A DNA stretch of 64,000 nucleotides from an uncultured virus (IMG/VR IMGVR_UViG_3300036770_002758). Lineage: Duplodnaviria > Heunggongvirae > Uroviricota > Caudoviricetes. A model generated the notes under the pieces. The model had not been told where the DNA came from and did not search any database. It saw nothing but the letters and a program-made list of their open reading frames with translations. Location of the stretch: IMG/VR virus record IMGVR_UViG_3300036770_002758; one strand, written 5' to 3'. Made by a program: the position numbers and the translations under genes. The stretch's first letter is position 1; each line of letters begins with the position of its first letter. This document shows positions 46,074 through 53,785 of the stretch, piece by piece.

Positions 46074-47683
46074 TGGCATTCCTGAAATCACACATCCCCT
46101 GTCCGGATCAGGAGAACTGCGGGAGCTCCGATGCTGCCGCAATGGACGACAAAGGCAAGATATGGTGCTTTAGTTGTTCCAAGCAGTTTGACGGCCCTGC
46201 TGGTGCTGTGGATAACATACAGCGACCGACAGCAAAGCCTCACTTCTCCGCTGTGGACAACTTGTTGGTAACTGGCGAGTATGAAGGCTGCAAGGATCGG
46301 GGCATCACTGCCGAAACAGCCAAGTTCTACAAGGCCCTGCATACGGCAGAGAAGACTTATTACGGCTACTTCAGCAAGGAAAGCCCTACGCAGGCCGTAG
46401 CGGTAAAGATGCGTTACCCCAATAAGTCCTTCCCTTGGGTGGGCGATCACAAAGCAGCTATCCTGTTCGGCCAACAGAACTTCCCTGCTGGGGGCAAGTA
46501 CGTCACGATCACAGAGGGCGAAGAGGACGCAATGGCTGCTTACCAGATGTCAGGCAGCAAGTACCCTGTGGTGAGTGTCCGTAACGGCGCACAGGCCGCT
46601 GTGGCCTGCTGTAAGGCTCAGTATGAATGGCTGGACAGCTTCGAGAACATTGTGATCTGCTTCGATGCTGACAAACCAGGACAAGATGCTGCAAAGGAAG
46701 TGGCCCAGCTATTCGGTGGCAAGTCCAAGATAATGAAGCATCCGGAAGGCATCAAGGACGCATGTGAATATTACCAGAAGAGACGTACTGGTGAATTTAT
46801 GCAGGCATTCTGGAGGGCAGAACGGTTCACCCCTGACGGCATTGTGGCCGGTGAGGCACTGCGGGAATTGCTGAAGAAGCCCATAGAAGCTCCAAAGCTG
46901 CTCTACCCGTGGAAGGGCCTGAACAAGATGCTAAGAGGCATCCGGGATGCCGAACTGGTTACTTGGTGTGCAGGGTCAGGGACAGGGAAGTCCAGCCTGC
47001 TGCGTGAGATCGTGCATTACACCCTGACCAGCACTGACCACAAGGTAGGCTTGGCCTTCCTTGAAGAGACGCCAGAACGGACGATGCGAGGCATTGCTGG
47101 TCTACAGCTAAACAAGCCTATCCATCTGGACGGTGTGGCCTATACGGCACAAGAGATTGACGATGCCTTTGATACCTTGGGCCTTGGACAGCGTACCCAG
47201 TTCTGGGATCACTGGGGCAGCACTGGCATCGACAATGTAATCAGTAGGCTCAAATACTTCGTCAAGGCAATGGGCTGCACAATGGTTATACTTGACCATA
47301 TCAGCATTGTGGTGTCAGGCGAGGCTACACAGAACGAACGTCAGACCCTTGACGAGCTTATGACAAGGCTGAGGACAGAAGTGGTGCAGCAGACCCATTG
47401 CAGCTTGCACATTGTTTCCCATCTGACCAGACCAGACGGGAAGCCGCTAGAGAATGGAGCACCTGTGCATCTTGGCCTGCTTCGAGGCTCAGGCTCCATT
47501 GCTCAGTTGTCCGATGTTGTCATTGCGGCAGAGCGTAACAGCCAAGCAGAGGACTCCATGGAAAGGAACACATTGAAGATCAGGGTACTCAAGAGCCGCA
47601 TCACTGGTAAGACGGGCGTAGCGACACACTTGCTTTATGATGAACATTCTGGTAGGCTCACTGAGCTTGATGAATCCCTGTAA
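46073..47683 (+). CDS. T7 gp4-like primase-helicase
   Basis: Zn finger CP...CGSSDA...CFSC; TOPRIM ITEGEEDA and CFDAD; Walker A AGSGTGKS; ILDHISI; LRGSGSIAQLSD. Confidence 0.95.
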   Translation: MAFLKSHIPCPDQENCGSSDAAAMDDKGKIWCFSCSKQFDGPAGAVDNIQRPTAKPHFSAVDNLLVTGEYEGCKDRGITAETAKFYKALHTAEKTYYGYFSKESPTQAVAVKMRYPNKSFPWVGDHKAAILFGQQNFPAGGKYVTITEGEEDAMAAYQMSGSKYPVVSVRNGAQAAVACCKAQYEWLDSFENIVICFDADKPGQDAAKEVAQLFGGKSKIMKHPEGIKDACEYYQKRRTGEFMQAFWRAERFTPDGIVAGEALRELLKKPIEAPKLLYPWKGLNKMLRGIRDAELVTWCAGSGTGKSSLLREIVHYTLTSTDHKVGLAFLEETPERTMRGIAGLQLNKPIHLDGVAYTAQEIDDAFDTLGLGQRTQFWDHWGSTGIDNVISRLKYFVKAMGCTMVILDHISIVVSGEATQNERQTLDELMTRLRTEVVQQTHCSLHIVSHLTRPDGKPLENGAPVHLGLLRGSGSIAQLSDVVIAAERNSQAEDSMERNTLKIRVLKSRITGKTGVATHLLYDEHSGRLTELDESL

Positions 47684-47692
47684 GGAGGGACT

Positions 47693-48376
47693 ATGGAAGT
47701 AGTGAGGACAGACAAAGCTACTTGCGAGCTGTTTGTAAACAATAAACACTACAGCAGACGGGCTTCTATCTTTTGGGCTGGTTTTGCTTTGATCGAGCAG
47801 GGCTTGGTCCAAGGTGTTTGCGTGTTCGGGCAACCGTCTGCCCCTATACAGAAACATGCTTTTTCAGACAGGGATTTTAAGCTGTACGAGTTAAGTAGGC
47901 TTGTTGTTCAGACGAAAACAAAGAACGCAGCATCTTTCTTGGTGTCTAATTCTTTGAACATGCTTGAAAGGCCATGTGCTGTCGTTTCTTACGCAGACGA
48001 ACAAGCAGGGCATTGTGGGATCGTCTACCAAGCAACGAACTGGCTGTACACAGGGAAAACAGTATCGCACGACCACATGTACCTCGTAGATGGGCAGAAG
48101 GTTCACCCCATGTCGCTGAGAGACAAGGGAATAACAAGTCCTAAAACGTGGGCAAAGGAGAATAACATCCCTACCATTAAGCCGGAGCCTAAGCACAGGT
48201 ACTTCTTTCTTTGTGGCACGGCGAAGCAGAAACGGAAGATGCTAGGGAAGCTGAAATACCCAGTTGAGGAGGCGTACCCAAAAAGGCAAAAAACGATGTA
48301 CGACGATGGTCCTCTCCTTAACATACCACATAGAGGAGCGACAGAGGTAATGGCAGAACAGTGGGGTGCATTATGA
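47693..48376 (+). CDS. Mom-like (GNAT-fold) DNA modification protein
   Basis: HYS...GVCVFG.P...ELSRL.....N.ASFLVS.SL......VVSYAD...GH.GIVYQATNWLYTG...KHRY. Confidence 0.75.
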   Translation: MEVVRTDKATCELFVNNKHYSRRASIFWAGFALIEQGLVQGVCVFGQPSAPIQKHAFSDRDFKLYELSRLVVQTKTKNAASFLVSNSLNMLERPCAVVSYADEQAGHCGIVYQATNWLYTGKTVSHDHMYLVDGQKVHPMSLRDKGITSPKTWAKENNIPTIKPEPKHRYFFLCGTAKQKRKMLGKLKYPVEEAYPKRQKTMYDDGPLLNIPHRGATEVMAEQWGAL

Positions 48377-48573
48377 TAAGCTACAGAGACATGACATTCT
48401 GCCCCTACTGGGGAGCCTGTGAGGATGGCAAGGACTGCCCCAGAGCACTGACCAAACAGGTATCGTATGACGCAATACGCTGGTGGAAATCGATGAGGCC
48501 AGAGGATGCAGACAATGCACCCATTATGGTCTTTGCAGACACTCCGCAATGCTATAAGGAGATGAGGCCGTGA
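48373..48573 (+). CDS. small Cys-rich protein
   Basis: YRDMTFC....C.....CPRALT motif; ATGA overlap. Confidence 0.65.
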   Translation: MISYRDMTFCPYWGACEDGKDCPRALTKQVSYDAIRWWKSMRPEDADNAPIMVFADTPQCYKEMRP

Positions 48574-48773
48574 GATGCAAGGCATGTGACACAATACTGA
48601 CGGAGTTTGAGGCCACAAGGAAGTCAAGAGAGTCTGGTCACTATGTAGACTTGTGTAACAGGTGCTTTCTACCGATTAAAGGGGTCTTCAAGGTAGATGA
48701 ACGTGAAGACCTGAGAACCTATGAAGTACCCAGGAACGATCACTTCTGGCAGGAGGAAGATGATGAAGACTAA
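48570..48773 (+). CDS. small Zn-finger protein
   Basis: MRCKACD.IL..FE..RK......DLCNRC. Confidence 0.7.
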   Translation: MRCKACDTILTEFEATRKSRESGHYVDLCNRCFLPIKGVFKVDEREDLRTYEVPRNDHFWQEEDDED

Positions 48774-48930
48774 GGACGTAGAAGACCTCTATGACGACAT
48801 CATAGCAGGCAACACTGACCTTGATGGCCTGAAGGTCTGGTTGGCAGAATGGTCTTACAAGATACTGAAGATGCTGAAAGAACACGATGAGGCCCACAAT
48901 GACAACCCTGTACCTGGACATAGAGACTGA
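48760..48930 (+). CDS. hypothetical protein
   Basis: AGGAGG RBS before ATG 48760. Confidence 0.5.
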   Translation: MMKTKDVEDLYDDIIAGNTDLDGLKVWLAEWSYKILKMLKEHDEAHNDNPVPGHRD

Positions 48931-50569
48931 CCTAGCACACAAGCGTATATGGTGTGCTGGTTACTCTGTCGATGGTGGGCCTGCTGAGATTACCCAGTAT
49001 GCTCAAACTGTCAAGGATTTGTTGACAGTTGCGGACACGGTAGTAGGACACAACATCGTAGGCTTTGACGCACCAGTGCTAGAAAGGGTATGGGGCATCA
49101 AGATTCCGCCCAAGAAGATGCTGGATACACTGCTGCTCAGCCGCCTGTGGAACCCATCACTGGACGATGGGCACAGCTTGGACGCATGGGGCCAGAGGCT
49201 CCGCTATCCAAAGGGAGACTTCAGGGACTATGATGCTGGCTACAGTGAAGAGATGGCCCTGTATTGCAAGAACGACATCGGTCTTACAGTAGAGCTTCAC
49301 AAGTATCTGGAGAAAGCCCTGAGCAGTGATGGCTTCTCTGAGGACTGTAGAGTCCTTGAGCGCAATGTGGCCTACGTCATTGAGAAGCAGGTACGCAATG
49401 GCTTCATGTTCGACAGGCAGGCAGGTGAGGCTCTGAACAACAAAGTCCTTACCAGGATGGCCGAGATTGAGGCCCAGTTCCAAGTGATGTTCCCACCAAG
49501 GCTGGTGGAGTTGTGGTCACTGAAGACCCAGAAGCCGTTGAAGCCCTATGAGGAAGTATTCAACTTAGGTGCAAGGCAACAGGTAGTAGAAAGGCTGTTC
49601 GAGTTGGGCGTAGGATCACAGTTGGCTGACCGTACCGAGACGGGCAAGTACAAGCTGTCTGAGGAAGTCCTTGATACCATCGACATTCCGGAAGCCAAGC
49701 TGGTCGTTGAGTTCCTGACCTTGCAGAAGCGGTCATCGCAGATCGAACAGTGGTTGAAGTATTGCACCGACAAGGGCAGGATTCATGGTAGGGTCATTAC
49801 CAATGGTGCCGTAACGGGCCGTATGACGCATCAAAGCCCCAATATGGCACAGGTGCCCAATGCTGGGGCCTATATGGGCAAGGACTGTAGGGCACTGTTC
49901 ATTGTGCCAGAAGGGAAGAAGCTGGTGGGCATTGATGCCAGTGCCCTTGAGTTGTGTATGCTGGCCCACTACATGCGCGATGAGGACTTTACGAAGTCAG
50001 TGTCGGAAGGGACGAAGGAACAAGGGACAGATGTGCATACGAGGAACATGCGGGCAGCGGGCCTGGACACTAGGGATCAGGCGAAGACATTTTGCTACGC
50101 CCTACTCTACGGGGCCGGACCGGGCAAGATCGGCAGCATTGTGAATGGTGGCTATGCAGAAGGTCAACAGTTGATGAGCCGCTTCATGGCAAGTATGCCC
50201 AAATTTGCACAGTTGAAGTCCAAGGTTGACCGCATTGCCTCTACTGGCTGGTTGCCTGGATTGGACGGAAGGCAGATGCGCATACGCTCCGCACACTCAG
50301 CCCTGAACACCCTGCTGCAAGGCGCAGGGGCAATAGTGATGAAGAAGGCATTGGTGATCCTGCACAATGAACTCACCAAGGCCAAGATGGATGCTCTCTT
50401 CGTGGTCAATGTTCATGATGAGTGGCAGTTGGAATGCAGTGAGGAACATGCCGAGCTTGTTGGCAAGATTGGCGTAGAGGCCATCAAGGAAGCAGGCAGG
50501 CAACTAGGACTCCGGTGTCCGTTGGACGGAGAATACAAAGTAGGTAACTCTTGGAAGGAGACACACTAA
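48887..50569 (+). CDS. polA: T7-like family A DNA polymerase (Tyr762 type)
   Basis: LDIET, GHNIVGFD, HSLDAWG, TGRMTH; motif A GIDASALE; motif B AKTFCYALLYGAG; motif C NVHDEWQ. Confidence 0.95.
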   Translation: MRPTMTTLYLDIETDLAHKRIWCAGYSVDGGPAEITQYAQTVKDLLTVADTVVGHNIVGFDAPVLERVWGIKIPPKKMLDTLLLSRLWNPSLDDGHSLDAWGQRLRYPKGDFRDYDAGYSEEMALYCKNDIGLTVELHKYLEKALSSDGFSEDCRVLERNVAYVIEKQVRNGFMFDRQAGEALNNKVLTRMAEIEAQFQVMFPPRLVELWSLKTQKPLKPYEEVFNLGARQQVVERLFELGVGSQLADRTETGKYKLSEEVLDTIDIPEAKLVVEFLTLQKRSSQIEQWLKYCTDKGRIHGRVITNGAVTGRMTHQSPNMAQVPNAGAYMGKDCRALFIVPEGKKLVGIDASALELCMLAHYMRDEDFTKSVSEGTKEQGTDVHTRNMRAAGLDTRDQAKTFCYALLYGAGPGKIGSIVNGGYAEGQQLMSRFMASMPKFAQLKSKVDRIASTGWLPGLDGRQMRIRSAHSALNTLLQGAGAIVMKKALVILHNELTKAKMDALFVVNVHDEWQLECSEEHAELVGKIGVEAIKEAGRQLGLRCPLDGEYKVGNSWKETH

Positions 50570-50781
50570 TGAATTTCACGATAGGGCTAGATAGGGATCA
50601 GTGCATCGAACTGGTCGCTGTTATGCTGGACGAACTGGAAAAGGACATGATTGATGCATCCTGCAATCTGGCTAACGGTCAGTCCAGTTGGATATTCAGC
50701 ACGGATGACGCTGAAGAGAAGAAGCAGATCAGGAAGATGTTGAAGGCAGTCAAGCGTGTAAGAAGTTGGTACAGGGCTTGA
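50569..50781 (+). CDS. hypothetical protein
   Basis: TAATG overlap with the polA stop; AGGAG RBS. Confidence 0.6.
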   Translation: MNFTIGLDRDQCIELVAVMLDELEKDMIDASCNLANGQSSWIFSTDDAEEKKQIRKMLKAVKRVRSWYRA

Positions 50782-50807
50782 CAGCCATATTGGCAACAAT
50801 GTACTAT
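50778..50807 (+). promoter_or_regulatory. sigma70 promoter upstream of ssb, with an overlapping inverted repeat
   Basis: TTGACA, 18 bp, TACTAT; GCAACA-N8-TGTTGC spans the -10 box. Confidence 0.6.
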
Positions 50808-50844
50808 GTTGCTGTAGTAAACCACAAACACCATTGGAGGCATT

Positions 50845-51243
50845 ATGAATACTGAACGAGTCAAACTGAAAGATGTAACCCTGATGTGGGCCAAGCTGGA
50901 CGAAGTGGACGAGATGTCCGGTAAGTACCAGGTAGACCTTGCCAACTTGTCCTCAGAGCACGTAGAGGCCATTGGCTCTCTTGGCCTTGAAGTCCGCAAC
51001 AAGGAAGGCAAAGGCTTCTACATCACTGCCAAGTCAACCAAGCCCATTGAGGCTCTTGCGGCAGATGGTTCCATTCTGAAGCAGAAGATCGGCAATGGCA
51101 GCAAGGCCAACATCCTGCTTGGTGCCTATGACTGGAACTACAAGAACAAGAAGGGCAAGAGTGCCAGTATTGCCAAGATGATCGTCACCCATGTTGAAAC
51201 CTTCAAGGGTGATGATGTCGATTCGGATGATGATCTGTTGTAA
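50845..51243 (+). CDS. single-stranded DNA-binding protein (T7 gp2.5-like)
   Basis: WAKL....SGKYQVDL.NL...IGNGSKA; acidic C-terminal tail DDVDSDDDLL. Confidence 0.8.
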   Translation: MNTERVKLKDVTLMWAKLDEVDEMSGKYQVDLANLSSEHVEAIGSLGLEVRNKEGKGFYITAKSTKPIEALAADGSILKQKIGNGSKANILLGAYDWNYKNKKGKSASIAKMIVTHVETFKGDDVDSDDDLL

Positions 51244-51318
51244 TTAGAACAAGGCAGCTTAGGCCTTCTCCTCCCGGCAGCCCAGCCGTCTACGTAGGGC
51301 ACTTATTGAGGACATTGT

Positions 51319-51996
51319 ATGCTCCTGATTGATGGCGACATCATCTGCTACCGCAGTCTACATAGCCCTCAAGCTGAGAGCATGGCAGATGTCTGTAACA
51401 TTGCAGATTGGACAATAAAGAACATCGTTGCCAATGCTGACCCTGTAGTGAAGAACTATAAAGTATTCCTTACAGGTTCAAACAACTTCAGAAAGGACAT
51501 TGCCGTTACGGCTCCCTACAAGGGACAACGGCCTGAGAAGCCCGAAGGCTTGGAAGACATACGGGCACACCTGCTGGACTGGCACCCTTCAGTCCTGACA
51601 GAGGGCGAAGAAGCAGATGACGCCATTGCCATTGAGGCAACCCAAGGCGGCTCCAGCTACATCATCTGCACCATTGATAAAGACTTCGATCAAGTCCCCG
51701 GCTGGCACTACAACTTTGTCAAAGACAAGCGGTATTGTGTATCAGAACGAGAGGGGCTCTTTTTCTTCTACACCCAGATACTCACGGGTGACCGCATTGA
51801 CAACATCATCGGTGTGCAAGGCATCGGGCCTGTAAAGGCAGAGAAGGCACTTAAGGACTGCAAGGACGAGAACGCAATGTTCAAGGTCTGCGTGGACATG
51901 ATGGGCTACGACAGGGCTGTAGAGAATGGGCGGCTCTTGTGGTTGAGGAGACATAATGGTCAGATATGGGAGCCACCTGCGTCTAATGCAGCCTAA
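51319..51996 (+). CDS. 5'-3' exonuclease (T7 gp6-like)
   Basis: LIDGDII.Y...NFR......YKGQR...EADD...DKDFDQVPG.HYN...GDRIDNI.G..GIG. Confidence 0.92.
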   Translation: MLLIDGDIICYRSLHSPQAESMADVCNIADWTIKNIVANADPVVKNYKVFLTGSNNFRKDIAVTAPYKGQRPEKPEGLEDIRAHLLDWHPSVLTEGEEADDAIAIEATQGGSSYIICTIDKDFDQVPGWHYNFVKDKRYCVSEREGLFFFYTQILTGDRIDNIIGVQGIGPVKAEKALKDCKDENAMFKVCVDMMGYDRAVENGRLLWLRRHNGQIWEPPASNAA

Positions 51997-52417
51997 ACCC
52001 AAAGCAGTGAAGAAGCGCAGTAAGGACAAGCCTCCTAAAGGATATGATAGCTGGTTTGAGTTTGAGTTACACCAGCATCTACTAAGAGGCTGCAAGTTCC
52101 ACTCAGAGACAGTAGAGTACGTCCAGGTAAAGCAGTATCATCCTGACTTCATCTACCATGAAGGCAAGTTCAAGATATACATCGAAGCGAAGGGACGGTT
52201 CAGGGACAGATCGGAAGCAAGGAAGTATGTCGATGTTAAGAAAGGACTACAGAAACAGGAGGAACTAGTGTTCATCTTCTACAATCCAAAGACACCAATG
52301 CCCGGTGCACGTAAGAGATCAGACGGTACTAAGTTGACTCACGGTGAATGGGCAGAACTGCAAGGCTTCAGACACTTTACAGAAGAGACCATACCGGCAT
52401 CATGGGGGAAGAAATGA
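51986..52417 (+). CDS. endonuclease I / Holliday junction resolvase (T7 gp3-like)
   Basis: YDSWFE...Y.PDF......IEAKGRF......KY...WAE..GF. Confidence 0.88.
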   Translation: MQPKPKAVKKRSKDKPPKGYDSWFEFELHQHLLRGCKFHSETVEYVQVKQYHPDFIYHEGKFKIYIEAKGRFRDRSEARKYVDVKKGLQKQEELVFIFYNPKTPMPGARKRSDGTKLTHGEWAELQGFRHFTEETIPASWGKK

Positions 52418-52602
52418 CACAATTGTTAATGCTCACTGCATCCTGTGCATCCATAGCATGTTTGATGTTGGTCATTGCTGACATCTACTATGAAGACCCA
52501 AGCGAAGAAGCATCCAATGCCTACAATCAGGCAACTGGTTTCTTGATCTCTGTTGGCAGCTTGACCCTACCGATATCCCTGATTAAGTTAATTATAGACT
52601 GA
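52414..52602 (+). CDS. small two-TM membrane protein
   Basis: Two hydrophobic segments; ATGA overlap. Confidence 0.55.
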   Translation: MTQLLMLTASCASIACLMLVIADIYYEDPSEEASNAYNQATGFLISVGSLTLPISLIKLIID

Positions 52603-52603
52603 G

Positions 52604-53383
52604 GTGCCTATGCGCATAATGGTCATACCAGACTGCCATGTCAAGCCAGACGTACCGATAGACCATCTTGGCTGGGCAGGCCAGTACGCAGTAGAGAAGA
52701 AGCCAGATGTCATTGTGAACATTGGTGACTTCTGGGACATGCCCTCATTGAGCAGTTACGACAAGGGCAAGAGGAGCTTTGAGGGACGTAGGTACACAAA
52801 GGACATTGAGGCAGGCATTGAGGCCATGTCGGTCTTCATGGAGCCAATCAAGGAAGAACAGTTCAGGCTGAAGCGCAACAAAGAAAAACAATGGAATCCT
52901 CGTTTGATATACACAATGGGGAACCATGAGAACAGGATCAACAGGGCCATTGAGGACGATGCCAAGCTGGAAGGTCTGATTAGCTTTGATGACCTGCTGC
53001 TTGACCAATTCGGCTATGAAGTATATGATTTCTTGGAAGTGGTCACAATCGAAGGTGTAGCATTCAGTCACTACTTTGCATCGGGTGTCATGGGTCGTCC
53101 TGTCACTTCGGCTAGGGCAATCCTGACCAAGATGCACATGAGTGCCGTACAGGGCCACGTTCAGGATAGGGACATCGCCTATGCCAAACGGGCAGATGGC
53201 AAGATGATGACAGCCATCTTTGCAGGTATCTTCTACCAGCACGATGAGGACTACCTGGGCCGTCAAGGCAACAATAGCTGGCGTGGCCTGTGGATGCTGA
53301 ATGACGTTAAGGATGGCAGCTTTGATGAGATGCCAGTATCTTTGGAATATCTGAGGAAGAAATATGACCGGAACAGCAAATGA
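52604..53383 (+). CDS. calcineurin-like metallophosphoesterase
   Basis: IPDCH, IGDFWD, GNHE, SHY and QGH motifs. Confidence 0.9.
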   Translation: MPMRIMVIPDCHVKPDVPIDHLGWAGQYAVEKKPDVIVNIGDFWDMPSLSSYDKGKRSFEGRRYTKDIEAGIEAMSVFMEPIKEEQFRLKRNKEKQWNPRLIYTMGNHENRINRAIEDDAKLEGLISFDDLLLDQFGYEVYDFLEVVTIEGVAFSHYFASGVMGRPVTSARAILTKMHMSAVQGHVQDRDIAYAKRADGKMMTAIFAGIFYQHDEDYLGRQGNNSWRGLWMLNDVKDGSFDEMPVSLEYLRKKYDRNSK

Positions 53384-53705
53384 GTGGGATGATCTGACGT
53401 TGACGACACAGTTGAACAAGTGCCTTAACTGGACTGGCCCTGCCAGCAAAGCCAGCAAGGAAGCAGCAGAGCGTCTCCTGCCCCGCTTTGACAATGTGGA
53501 CAAACCTGCACACTACAATGCAGGAGGCATTGAGGCCATCGACTACATCAAGCAGCAGTTGGGACACGAAGGCTTCATTGCATACTGTGAAGGCAACGTC
53601 ATCAAGTACGGCCATCGCTGGCGTTATAAGAATGGCGTTGAAGACCTGCGTAAGAAGCGTTGGTATCTGGAGCGGATGATCGAAGAGGTCAGTAAGGGCA
53701 AATAG
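53364..53705 (+). CDS. DUF3310 / T7 gp1.7-like nucleotide kinase domain protein
   Basis: DNVDKPAHY..GGIEAIDYI......YCEGNVIKY..RWRYKNGVEDLRK..WYL. Confidence 0.85.
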   Translation: MTGTANEWDDLTLTTQLNKCLNWTGPASKASKEAAERLLPRFDNVDKPAHYNAGGIEAIDYIKQQLGHEGFIAYCEGNVIKYGHRWRYKNGVEDLRKKRWYLERMIEEVSKGK

Positions 53706-53712
53706 CCTACAC

Positions 53713-53780
53713 AAAAAGAAGCCCTCCGAAGAGGGCCACATAACAACGAAGAATCTTACGGCCCCTAATGGGGCCTTTTT
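53713..53780. terminator. back-to-back terminators between convergent arms
   Basis: GCCCTC-CGAA-GAGGGC with an upstream A-run (minus strand) and GGCCCC-TAAT-GGGGCC-TTTTT (plus strand). Confidence 0.85.
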
Positions 53781-53785
53781 GTTGG

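Noticed and set aside
51244..51318. Possible tRNA in the 75-bp ssb-exonuclease gap (other gaps also inspected)
   Set aside because: No T-loop GTTCRA, D-loop or cloverleaf pairing found.
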